From Escherichia phage vB_EcoM_EP57: a stretch of 64,000 nucleotides of DNA. Position 1 is the stretch's first letter. Each line of letters begins with the position of its first letter. This document shows positions 19,524 to 27,176 of the stretch, piece after piece. Where the stretch lies: sequence record OR544956; one strand, written 5' to 3'. Both the position numbers and the translations under genes were made by a program. The notes under the pieces were generated by a model. It made no database searches. It was not told the DNA's origin and saw only the letters and a program-made list of their open reading frames with translations.

Positions 19524-19801
19524 CAATAGTTTTATTGAGTGGGACAGTGACGAGTATCCCGTTGGGTGACTAGCCCTACGTTCGGTAAGCTAACTTAAAA
19601 TAATACAAAACCAAAGTCAAATATTATTCTTCGTTGCTGTCGATGGGAGAGCCGCTTCTCATTTTGCCCCATCCAACCCTACTCCGGTCAAGTTTCGGGT
19701 AACTCTTTTTGTGTGATCAACACAATACTAAGAACACTGTCTTTCGAACAGACCTTGTGCACAGGATACGACGATCAATCACAGTGCTCTTAATGTTGTG
19801 T

Positions 19802-19876
19802 TGGTGCTCCCACACTGAATCGAACAGAGATCCACGGATTACAAAACCGTTGTAATAGCCATTATACTATAGGAGC
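19802..19876 (-). tRNA. tRNA-Thr (anticodon TGT)
   Basis: Hand-folded; loop TTTGTAA; T-loop TTCGATT; CCA encoded; one mismatch at 31-39. Confidence 0.55.
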
Positions 19877-19882
19877 AAAGCT

Positions 19883-19959
19883 GGGACTCGGCAGGATTCG
19901 ATACCTGCAATTCCAGAAGCCTCTTGGCGACTGGGGGTTTACCTTAACTCTACAAGTCC
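19883..19959 (-). tRNA. tRNA-like element, non-canonical (8-nt T-loop, no standard anticodon arm)
   Basis: 7-bp acceptor stem GGACTTG/CGAGTCC; T-loop TATCGAAT; central region forms an irregular hairpin; no CCA. Confidence 0.3.
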
Positions 19960-19966
19960 ATAATTC

Positions 19967-20052
19967 TGGCGATGAGTATAGGATTTGAACCTATATCGTT
20001 CTTTCGAACACGGATTAACAGTCCGCCGCTTAAACCATTCAGCCAACTCATC
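19967..20052 (-). tRNA. class II (Ser-type) tRNA with anticodon GTT
   Basis: 86 nt; Ser-like D-arm TG-GCT-GAATGGTTTA-AGC; anticodon arm GCGGA-CTGTTAA-TCCGT; 15-nt variable arm with GTTC/GAAC stem; G73; CCA. Confidence 0.5.
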
Positions 20053-20058
20053 TTAATT

Positions 20059-20146
20059 TGGTGGTGAGTGATGGAGTTGAACCACCCGAATCGCAATGAT
20101 AACAGATTTACAGTCTGCCCCGCTACCCCTACGGAATTAACTCACC
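20059..20146 (-). tRNA. tRNA-Tyr (anticodon GTA)
   Basis: 88 nt class II; anticodon arm GCAGA-CTGTAAA-TCTGT; T-loop TTCAACT; CCA. Confidence 0.65.
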
Positions 20147-20224
20147 TAAATACTAATATTTAAATTCTTTTTAAAATAGCCAGTGTTCACACCACTAACT
20201 ATGTAAGCCATATTAAAAAGAACT

Positions 20225-20310
20225 TGGCGGTAGATGTAGGACTCGAACCTACACGCCGTTTCCGACTACAGTTTAGCAAACTGTCGTGGCTACCATTTCA
20301 CCAATCTACC
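20225..20310 (-). tRNA. tRNA-Ser (anticodon GCT)
   Basis: 86 nt class II; anticodon arm ACAGT-TTGCTAA-ACTGT; G73; CCA. Confidence 0.65.
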
Positions 20311-20315
20311 TAATC

Positions 20316-20406
20316 TGGCGGAAGGAGGGAGAGTCGAACTCCCAAGGCTCTTTCAAGCTCGGCGGTTTTCAAGACCGTTTTCGTCGCCACGTCGATTTGC
20401 CCTTCC
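20316..20406 (-). tRNA. tRNA-Ser (anticodon TGA), D-arm degenerate
   Basis: 91 nt; anticodon arm CGGT-CTTGAAA-ACCG; variable-arm hairpin GCTT-GAAA-GAGC; G73; CCA; D region lacks U8 and a regular stem. Confidence 0.5.
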
Positions 20407-20640
20407 ATACTTATAATCTAACATAAAATAATGTTTGTTGTCAATAGTTTTTTAAAACATTTTACCATGAATGGTGACTCCACCAACCCCCGTTCTCCAC
20501 GAACGGTGCTCTTCGAGCATTTATGTCTTCTAATATAACCGTGGCCTTTGTTTATAATGTCTGACATACTTGCCTCATTCTCTGCCACCATGATCAGTAG
20601 TGGGTTCAAATTACTTGAGCTAATTCATGTTAAAATGTTC

Positions 20641-20715
20641 TGGTGTCTTTACAAGGAATCGAACCTTGACTAAGAGTTTAGAAGACTCCTGTGCTATCCA
20701 TTACACCATAAAGAC
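20641..20715 (-). tRNA. tRNA-Arg (anticodon TCT)
   Basis: Hand-folded; anticodon arm GGAGT-CTTCTAA-ACTCT; CCA. Confidence 0.65.
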
Positions 20716-20717
20716 GT

Positions 20718-20792
20718 TGGTGGCCCTGGCTGGTTTCGATCCAGCTACCTATCGGTTATGAGCCGACAGCTCTCCCATTGAGCTACAGGGCC
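20718..20792 (-). tRNA. tRNA-Met or tRNA-Ile2 (anticodon CAT)
   Basis: Hand-folded; D-stem GCTC/GAGC; anticodon arm GTCGG-CTCATAA-CCGAT; T-loop ATCGAAA; CCA. Confidence 0.6.
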
Positions 20793-21038
20793 ATAAATGT
20801 GGTAACAGAGACGCTGACGATTGTAGAGAACCGCTACATTCTCTAAGACCAAGCCCAACTTTCAGCGTAAAAGTTCTTGAGCCGAGACTGTTCCTTTTCC
20901 TCTTTGGTAGCTAACCTCTGAAGAAGTAGTCTCTAACACTACCGCAGTGCAAGCCCCTCTTAACAAAAGTCAACGACACTGTTACCACACTTGATGAACG
21001 TATCCTAACATATGAAGGATACGTTTGTCAATAGTTAT

Positions 21039-21287
21039 TTAAGCATATTCTGCTACTTCTTCACTATCTTTCTTTTCCAGAAGAGCAACAACCAAAGCTT
21101 CTGCGTTAAAAGTATTAATTTCAAGATCCATCTCTCGCATCAGAGCCAAGAAATCAATAACTTTAACATCTTTAGTGATTACAATAGAAGTTGTACCATT
21201 GTTTTCAGATGTGTATTTTTCTGGATGGAAAAGAAAAACTGCATTGCCGTTACCATCTTCAAACACGTGTTTTTCTAATAGAGACAT
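21039..21287 (-). CDS. hypothetical protein
   Basis: ORF track 82 aa; first leftward gene block. Confidence 0.3.
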   Translation of the reverse strand: MSLLEKHVFEDGNGNAVFLFHPEKYTSENNGTTSIVITKDVKVIDFLALMREMDLEINTFNAEALVVALLEKKDSEEVAEYA

Positions 21288-21295
21288 TGTTCCTC

Positions 21296-21547
21296 CTAAT
21301 CTGTTAGTTGTTCGTCCTCTACCAAGTTTGACACGAGAACGTCTGTTATATATTGATGCTGATAAACCCTTTCGGGACTATCATCAAAAGCCAAACCTGT
21401 GCAAATAGAACAGAGGTCTGATTCCTTGATGACTCCATTTTTATCACGTCTGGAGTGGTTTGTCAAATGCCTATTACAAGCACGGCACCTAAAATAAAAG
21501 CTATTTTGCATATATCCTTCGAACCCCAAATGGGGAGTGATCGGCAT
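21296..21547 (-). CDS. hypothetical zinc-ribbon protein
   Basis: 83 aa with CRACN...CSIC cysteine pairs. Confidence 0.3.
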   Translation of the reverse strand: MPITPHLGFEGYMQNSFYFRCRACNRHLTNHSRRDKNGVIKESDLCSICTGLAFDDSPERVYQHQYITDVLVSNLVEDEQLTD

Positions 21548-21584
21548 CTCCTCACTTCTAGTTTAGCACGAAGGATATCTTAAG

Positions 21585-21782
21585 TCAACTAGGAATAATT
21601 TTATCCCTTTTGGTTTCATAACCAGTCCAATCTAAATCCTCCCAGCCTTCATCATCGTCTAACACATTGTCATCATCATAAGATGCAATGTTATAAATAG
21701 AACGTGGATTACAAGACATACAATCTTTAATAGGCACATGATGCCATTTGCACGGATTCTCACTAATCATTGCACACCTCAT
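21585..21782 (-). CDS. hypothetical protein
   Basis: 65 aa, Cys-rich N-terminus, acidic C-terminus. Confidence 0.3.
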   Translation of the reverse strand: MRCAMISENPCKWHHVPIKDCMSCNPRSIYNIASYDDDNVLDDDEGWEDLDWTGYETKRDKIIPS

Positions 21783-22192
21783 CTATAGATCAAGTATTAT
21801 TTATAATAATTTATTATTTTATTTTTAATTGATAGAAGTTGATCTGTACGTACCAGTTCTGATACACTGTACCTGTTTGTTAGATCTAATAATTATTTAT
21901 TATTAATATTTAATAATTATTAATCTAGTACGGAGTACAGTACTTGAGTACAGAGTACTACATCAACGACCTAAAACCTTAACTCGCTGCGCTCGTTAAT
22001 AGATTTCTAGGGTAACATACTTCGAACACAAAAGTCAAGAGTTTTATTAAAAATTATTTTCTGTGTGCAAAAACCTTGCTTAAACAGGTAGCAATAGTAT
22101 TAAGAGGCTGTAGAGCAAGTTTACTTACTAGGTAAGGTGATTTATCATCTTATATATAAAAAGTGCGTCAGAGACGCGTTTAGGAGGCTAGA

Positions 22193-22609
22193 ATGAGATT
22201 TACAAGACAAGAGGTAGTTGTACTTGACGAAGCAATGACAATGATCGTCTTTTACTATGAGGATATCTTCTGTGCAGCATATCATTTAAATGATATTCAG
22301 ATTGAATGGAAGCAGATAGCATTCCTGTTGGACAAGAGTAATCATTTGGATGGCTTTGAGTATTTGGAGTGGGATGGTGCAAAGGAAGTTAAAATTGTAG
22401 GGTTAAATCACGATCAGATTGTTGACATGCAATGTAAGTTGTGTCATTATCAGTTCTCAAACAATCCTGGCAACAATTGTTCTGATTTTTGCCATGTGTG
22501 TGGTTCACGATGTTCTGGTAAGCTACTTTTGAAGACACAAGATGTGTCCTACAGCCGTGTTACGCTTACTGGCGACCATACCCCAATCATGGAGTACGTA
22601 AAGAAATGA
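22193..22609 (+). CDS. hypothetical Cys-rich protein
   Basis: 138 aa; GGAGG RBS; first rightward gene. Confidence 0.4.
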   Translation: MRFTRQEVVVLDEAMTMIVFYYEDIFCAAYHLNDIQIEWKQIAFLLDKSNHLDGFEYLEWDGAKEVKIVGLNHDQIVDMQCKLCHYQFSNNPGNNCSDFCHVCGSRCSGKLLLKTQDVSYSRVTLTGDHTPIMEYVKK

Positions 22610-23409
22610 GCAACTATCCAATTACAGGCGTAACCTATTCTTGTGTAGCAAAAGGTGGTTTATATACAGTAGTGGAATTTCCAAAACCTGCCGGAATATC
22701 TAAAGTGTTTGATCCTGTGGTTATCTATGAAGATCTTAGAACAGGTCAACGTTACTGGAGATTTGTGAATGACTTTTTAGATCGTATGGAGGTAGTAAGT
22801 GGCGAAAACACCGAAGAAGTTATCAAAGCCAACGTTACTAAGAAACCGAAAAACGAGGTTCTCAAAGTAGCCAAATCAGTTCCTAAGAAAGATAAATTTG
22901 ATACGGAGGCATTCGTCTTTGACACACCAATCGAGAAGATTGAAGAAGCGTTGCAACGTCTTGAGGAGCAGGAGGCAGATCCAATGGCTGAACCACTCGC
23001 TGAAGCAAAAAACATTGGTCGTTCCAATGAAACAACACCAGAAGAACAAGCTGAACTTGAAGCTTTTGCCAAATGGACAAAACAGTTAAAGAATGGCTAT
23101 TATAAAACAAAAGAAGAAGCTGAAAACCATGTTCCTTCCACACCAATGAAATGCCAGGATTATAAAGATTATCCTGAAAGGGTTGTGTTCCCTGGTTATG
23201 CACAATACAAACTGAACGGGTTACGTTCTATGATTAACATGAAAGGAGAGTGTTTATCAAAAGCTGGGGAAGTGTACAACCTGCCACCTCATTGGAAAGG
23301 TATTCCAAACTTTATTAGTGAAGTTGTTGGTCATCCTCTTGATGGTGAAGTGTTTGCTGGGTTAGGTGTCCTTAGTCTGCAACAAATTAACAGTGCTTGC
23401 AGTAGTTGA
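22606..23409 (+). CDS. ATP-dependent ligase-like nucleotidyltransferase, N-terminal part (frame-interrupted)
   Basis: Motif I-like KLNGLR and motif III-like HPLDGEVF near the C-terminus; ORF ends soon after. Confidence 0.4.
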   Translation: MSNYPITGVTYSCVAKGGLYTVVEFPKPAGISKVFDPVVIYEDLRTGQRYWRFVNDFLDRMEVVSGENTEEVIKANVTKKPKNEVLKVAKSVPKKDKFDTEAFVFDTPIEKIEEALQRLEEQEADPMAEPLAEAKNIGRSNETTPEEQAELEAFAKWTKQLKNGYYKTKEEAENHVPSTPMKCQDYKDYPERVVFPGYAQYKLNGLRSMINMKGECLSKAGEVYNLPPHWKGIPNFISEVVGHPLDGEVFAGLGVLSLQQINSACSS

Positions 23410-23869
23410 AGATTATGGTCTTGATGAGCTTATTTGTGTAGTTCATACAGAGTATATTGAAAACCAAGAACAGTTTGATGCTTTCTATGAAAAAGCTTTA
23501 CTTGAGAAAGCTGAAGGTGTAGTATATCGTAATGCTCACGGAGTTTACGAATTTGATAAACGTTCTTATGACGTTATTAAACGTAAGCCTCGCCATACGC
23601 TTGAAGTTAAAGTAATAAATTCAAAAAGTGATAAAAATGGCGATGGAGTGTTGACAGGTGAGATGGAAAATGGTAAAGTAGTCGAATTCTTAATGCGTAA
23701 AGATGCTCATGAGACTATCAATTATCGTAAAGCAGAGAATGCTTCTACCTTGATTAATCAGTTCGTTGAAATAGAGTATGAAGAATTTTCAGATGAAGGT
23801 ATTCCAACAAAACCTGTTGGTGTTCGTATTCGAGAAATGATCCCAGGCACTTGGGAACCAGCAGAATAA
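23366..23869 (+). CDS. ATP-dependent ligase-like protein, C-terminal part (+1 frame)
   Basis: Motif IV-like EGVVYR and motif V-like VIKRKP; overlaps upstream ORF by 44 nt. Confidence 0.4.
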   Translation: MSLVCNKLTVLAVVEDYGLDELICVVHTEYIENQEQFDAFYEKALLEKAEGVVYRNAHGVYEFDKRSYDVIKRKPRHTLEVKVINSKSDKNGDGVLTGEMENGKVVEFLMRKDAHETINYRKAENASTLINQFVEIEYEEFSDEGIPTKPVGVRIREMIPGTWEPAE

Positions 23870-23922
23870 GGAGGAAAAATGTTCTTAGCTTATCATTGTG
23901 CAAAATACCTGGAGGCATTTTT

Positions 23923-24105
23923 ATGATAATTTTAGCAACAATTCTTATGATGTTGATAGCAATTGCTATTATAATTCTGGCATCTTTTCCGGCGGATAAA
24001 TGGTATTTCAATATTCCACGTATGCTTGTTTTCGGTTTCGCAGGGATTTACATGGGTGAGTCTGTAGTAAATATTAGCAACTTTCTAGAAAGCTATTTTA
24101 AATAA
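23923..24105 (+). CDS. small membrane protein
   Basis: ATG after GGAGG; two hydrophobic helices (MIILATILMMLIAIAIIILA...). Confidence 0.3.
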   Translation: MIILATILMMLIAIAIIILASFPADKWYFNIPRMLVFGFAGIYMGESVVNISNFLESYFK

Positions 24106-24114
24106 GGAGTTATA

Positions 24115-24828
24115 ATGATCGAGAATTTTTTTAAAGATATTAAATTCGATACTGAATTTTTCAAAAATGCAGCAAAGCACGTAATTGATTGGAATGCCAA
24201 AGCACGAGGTGGTGAACAACCTGAATTCACTCAAGAGCTATTTATGTCCCAAATCGGGTTCGTTCGTGAAGAGCTTAAAGAGTATGAAACAGCCGCGAAA
24301 GTAAACGATCATGTAGAACTCTTGGATGCAGCAGCGGATATTTTTGTAGTATCCAGTTATCTTACTTACATGTTCTTTGGTGAAGAACATACGATGAATT
24401 TCTTGGACTATGCTGTAGGCGATGTTTTTACTCCAACTGTGTATACTGATTTTGATGCTTTGGAACAAACATTTACAGAGCCAGTTCAAATGGCACTAAT
24501 GGCTGCTGGTATTATGCGTATGTCTCGTGACACTCTAATCCGTTCAAAATATCCAGAAAAGAAAGTTATTAAAGAGGTATTGAAAAGTAATGATTCCAAG
24601 TATCCAACTAAACAACAGTTGCTGAAAACTTGGAAAACTTCGGATATCGATTCAGCCATTGCACAAGAATGCGCTGCAATTGAAGAACGAAATGCCAATC
24701 GTCCAGAAGGGGCATACACTGGTGTTCATGCTGTTTATAATGAAAAACAGAAAGTGTATGTGTTCTTTGATGATAAAGGTAAGATCATGAAACCATCGAC
24801 CTTTGTCAAACCTAATATTAATAAGTAA
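24115..24828 (+). CDS. hypothetical protein (weak MazG-like NTP pyrophosphatase resemblance)
   Basis: 237 aa; acidic helical motif VREELKEYE...DHVELLDAAADIFVV. Confidence 0.3.
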   Translation: MIENFFKDIKFDTEFFKNAAKHVIDWNAKARGGEQPEFTQELFMSQIGFVREELKEYETAAKVNDHVELLDAAADIFVVSSYLTYMFFGEEHTMNFLDYAVGDVFTPTVYTDFDALEQTFTEPVQMALMAAGIMRMSRDTLIRSKYPEKKVIKEVLKSNDSKYPTKQQLLKTWKTSDIDSAIAQECAAIEERNANRPEGAYTGVHAVYNEKQKVYVFFDDKGKIMKPSTFVKPNINK

Positions 24829-24884
24829 TGTTGTAAGCCGCCCTTTATGGGCGGTAATGTGAGATGTATTAAATAGGAGGAAAC

Positions 24885-25763
24885 ATGTTTGTAAAATCTT
24901 TTAAATCCGCTCTGCCTATGGTTGTTGGTGACAATGCTTCTGTAGCATCCCTTAACAGCATTACAGATATTCCTCTGGAATTTGTAACAGCAGAAGGCTC
25001 CCAGTCACACACTATTGGTCTTGTTCGTTTTGAAGATGACTCTAAATTTGTAAAAGAGTTCTCAGATCTTGAACTGCTTAATGTAGGTCAATCTGTGAAG
25101 AAGGTAGATAAAAAGAAAGTTAAACGTATTCTGAATGAACGTCTAGAAGAAATGCGTCAGGACATGGAGAGCGAAGGTAAAGAGTTTTATGTCGATAAAG
25201 AAGTAGTCAAAGCAATGAAGGAAGATATTGAATTTGCACTATTGCCTGAAACAGAACCTGAAGATTTCTTTAACTATGTTGTCTTGGATAAAACTACGAA
25301 TCTTCTTTATGTTCTTAATGGAAGTAAAAAGGTTGCAGAAGAGATTACTTCTTTCCTCCGTTCCGTTCTGGGGACTTTCCCTTCGGTAGGTTTTAGTGTG
25401 CATGAAGAAGCTATTGTAAAAGGTTTTGGTGAATTGCTGGAGAATCACGAAGCAGATCGTATTACTCTCGGAAATTATATCAAAATGGAGGATAGCGAGG
25501 GCGTTGTTGTTTGGAGTAAAGAATCCCTATACGAGTCTAAAGCTGTCGAACTAAAAGAAGATGGTAAAGATGTTGTTGCAATCGGTCTTGAATATGACGG
25601 TGTTGTAGATTTTGTAGTGGATAAAGAGTTTAAACTTTCTAAACTACGTTTTCCGAAATATTTTGCAGACGAAGAAGGTAGTATTGAAGCTTCAGTCCTT
25701 CTGTGCTTCAATGAGATTCGAGGTCTGATGGAAGATTTAACCAAAGCAACAATCCTTAAATAA
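24885..25763 (+). CDS. hypothetical protein
   Basis: ORF track 292 aa; RBS AGGAGG. Confidence 0.4.
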   Translation: MFVKSFKSALPMVVGDNASVASLNSITDIPLEFVTAEGSQSHTIGLVRFEDDSKFVKEFSDLELLNVGQSVKKVDKKKVKRILNERLEEMRQDMESEGKEFYVDKEVVKAMKEDIEFALLPETEPEDFFNYVVLDKTTNLLYVLNGSKKVAEEITSFLRSVLGTFPSVGFSVHEEAIVKGFGELLENHEADRITLGNYIKMEDSEGVVVWSKESLYESKAVELKEDGKDVVAIGLEYDGVVDFVVDKEFKLSKLRFPKYFADEEGSIEASVLLCFNEIRGLMEDLTKATILK

Positions 25764-25767
25764 GTTC

Positions 25768-25796
25768 TTGACTTGCGGGATTAGTTATGATATTAT
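25768..25796 (+). promoter_or_regulatory. sigma70-like promoter
   Basis: TTGACT, 17-nt spacer, TATTAT. Confidence 0.4.
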
Positions 25797-25835
25797 GCCT
25801 ACCTACTTAATGAGGTAGGCTTTTTAGGAGGCGTT

Positions 25836-26045
25836 ATGAAAAAGATTCTGACAGTCGTTCTTTTAGCTTTTAGTTTCACAGTAGCAGCAGGTCAAATTAC
25901 TTTAATCTTGTCTGATTCTGAAGTTAATGGCAATACAAAATATTGCTACTATTCTAACGCTAACCAAGATGAAGTTATAGCAATCCCGAAAAGTCGTCAA
26001 TGTCCGTATACTAAAACATTCTCAACAGAGGATGACGATGAATAA
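25836..26045 (+). CDS. small secreted protein
   Basis: 69 aa with signal peptide MKKILTVVLLAFSFTVAAGQ. Confidence 0.35.
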   Translation: MKKILTVVLLAFSFTVAAGQITLILSDSEVNGNTKYCYYSNANQDEVIAIPKSRQCPYTKTFSTEDDDE

Positions 26046-26069
26046 TTAGGGGGAAATATTAGCGGTTAT

Positions 26070-27176
26070 ATTTTAATTAAGCCTGAAGATCTTCATTTAT
26101 ATGTCAACGAAGAAACAATAGCTGCAATTGATTATGATCAGATCGCTTTCCAAGCAGCGTCTGCATTAGAGAAAAGAACAATCATTGCAAAGCACATCCC
26201 TTCAGGTGCTCAAAAGGAATTTAAAAATAAGACAGAGTTTTGGGGTAAAAGCAAGACTAAGATTGGAGGTTGGCTAGGAGATACAAATGCAGAAAGAGCC
26301 TCCAAAAACAAACGTCCCTTCACAAAGGAAGAGTTCGAAATCATTGATAAGCAATACCCGCCAGAAGATATCGGACACACCTTCCAAGCAGCTAAAACAA
26401 AAGTCTTAGGTATTCTAAAACATCTACGTTTAGAAAAATATTGCGGAGTTATTGGCGTAGGAAAAACTTTCAGACACGCCTTCAAAATGCCTGTAGAATA
26501 TAAATCTGAACGATTAGATATCAAACCACTTCAGCTTTCAGAAACCAAAGATTATCTTGTGGAGTTCCACAATGGTGATGTTGTTACTGTAATAGAAGCT
26601 GATGATGAGTTAGAGAAGTATGGTTTCCAAGGTTATAAAGATTATAAAAGGACGGGTAAATTTTCTTATATCGTTGTATCTATAGATAAAGATAGTTTAC
26701 ATACTCCTAGTATCCTTTTTAATTTCTACAAAGAGGATGGAGTATTTAAAAATCCAGATATAATTCTTATTGACGAGTCTATTGGCGATATATGGATCGT
26801 AGATAAAGGTAAAAAGAAAGAAGTTAAAGGTTGGGGCAGTTACTGGTTAGCATATCAGATGCTAATGGGAGATAAAACAGATAGTATCCGACCTTATCAA
26901 GATTTTGATATTAAGTTCGGAGATATTACTTGTTTTAATCTTCTTTCAGCTTGTAAAACTCAAGCAGAACTTTTCCAAACAGTTAAAGACACTTACTACT
27001 CATGGTTCCCAGAGGGTGTTAATTTTACTTCTTGGGATGGAGAAGAAGTCCATATGACAACAGATGAATGGATAGAAACAATTTTCCAGTTGGTATACAT
27101 GAAACGCTGGGATAATGACGATACAACATTTGAGAGTATGCTTCAGTCATACATCTCGCAACAGGAGGCAGAGTGA
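26070..27176 (+). CDS. 5'-3' exonuclease / flap endonuclease (T4 RNase H-like); start codon uncertain
   Basis: Frame open from 26046 with IDYDQIA and GDKTDSIRP motifs; first in-frame ATG only at 26487. Confidence 0.45.
   Translation: MLIKPEDLHLYVNEETIAAIDYDQIAFQAASALEKRTIIAKHIPSGAQKEFKNKTEFWGKSKTKIGGWLGDTNAERASKNKRPFTKEEFEIIDKQYPPEDIGHTFQAAKTKVLGILKHLRLEKYCGVIGVGKTFRHAFKMPVEYKSERLDIKPLQLSETKDYLVEFHNGDVVTVIEADDELEKYGFQGYKDYKRTGKFSYIVVSIDKDSLHTPSILFNFYKEDGVFKNPDIILIDESIGDIWIVDKGKKKEVKGWGSYWLAYQMLMGDKTDSIRPYQDFDIKFGDITCFNLLSACKTQAELFQTVKDTYYSWFPEGVNFTSWDGEEVHMTTDEWIETIFQLVYMKRWDNDDTTFESMLQSYISQQEAE

Noticed and set aside
19745-19765. Plus-strand T-loop-like GTCT-TTCGAAC-AGAC as a possible plus-strand tRNA
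   Set aside because: No complementary acceptor stem or D/anticodon arms could be found around it; TTCGAA is palindromic so the match is probably chance.
22752-23203. Two 106-aa minus-strand ORFs inside the ligase-like gene
   Set aside because: Opposite to the transcription direction of the whole early block and overlapped by a motif-bearing gene.
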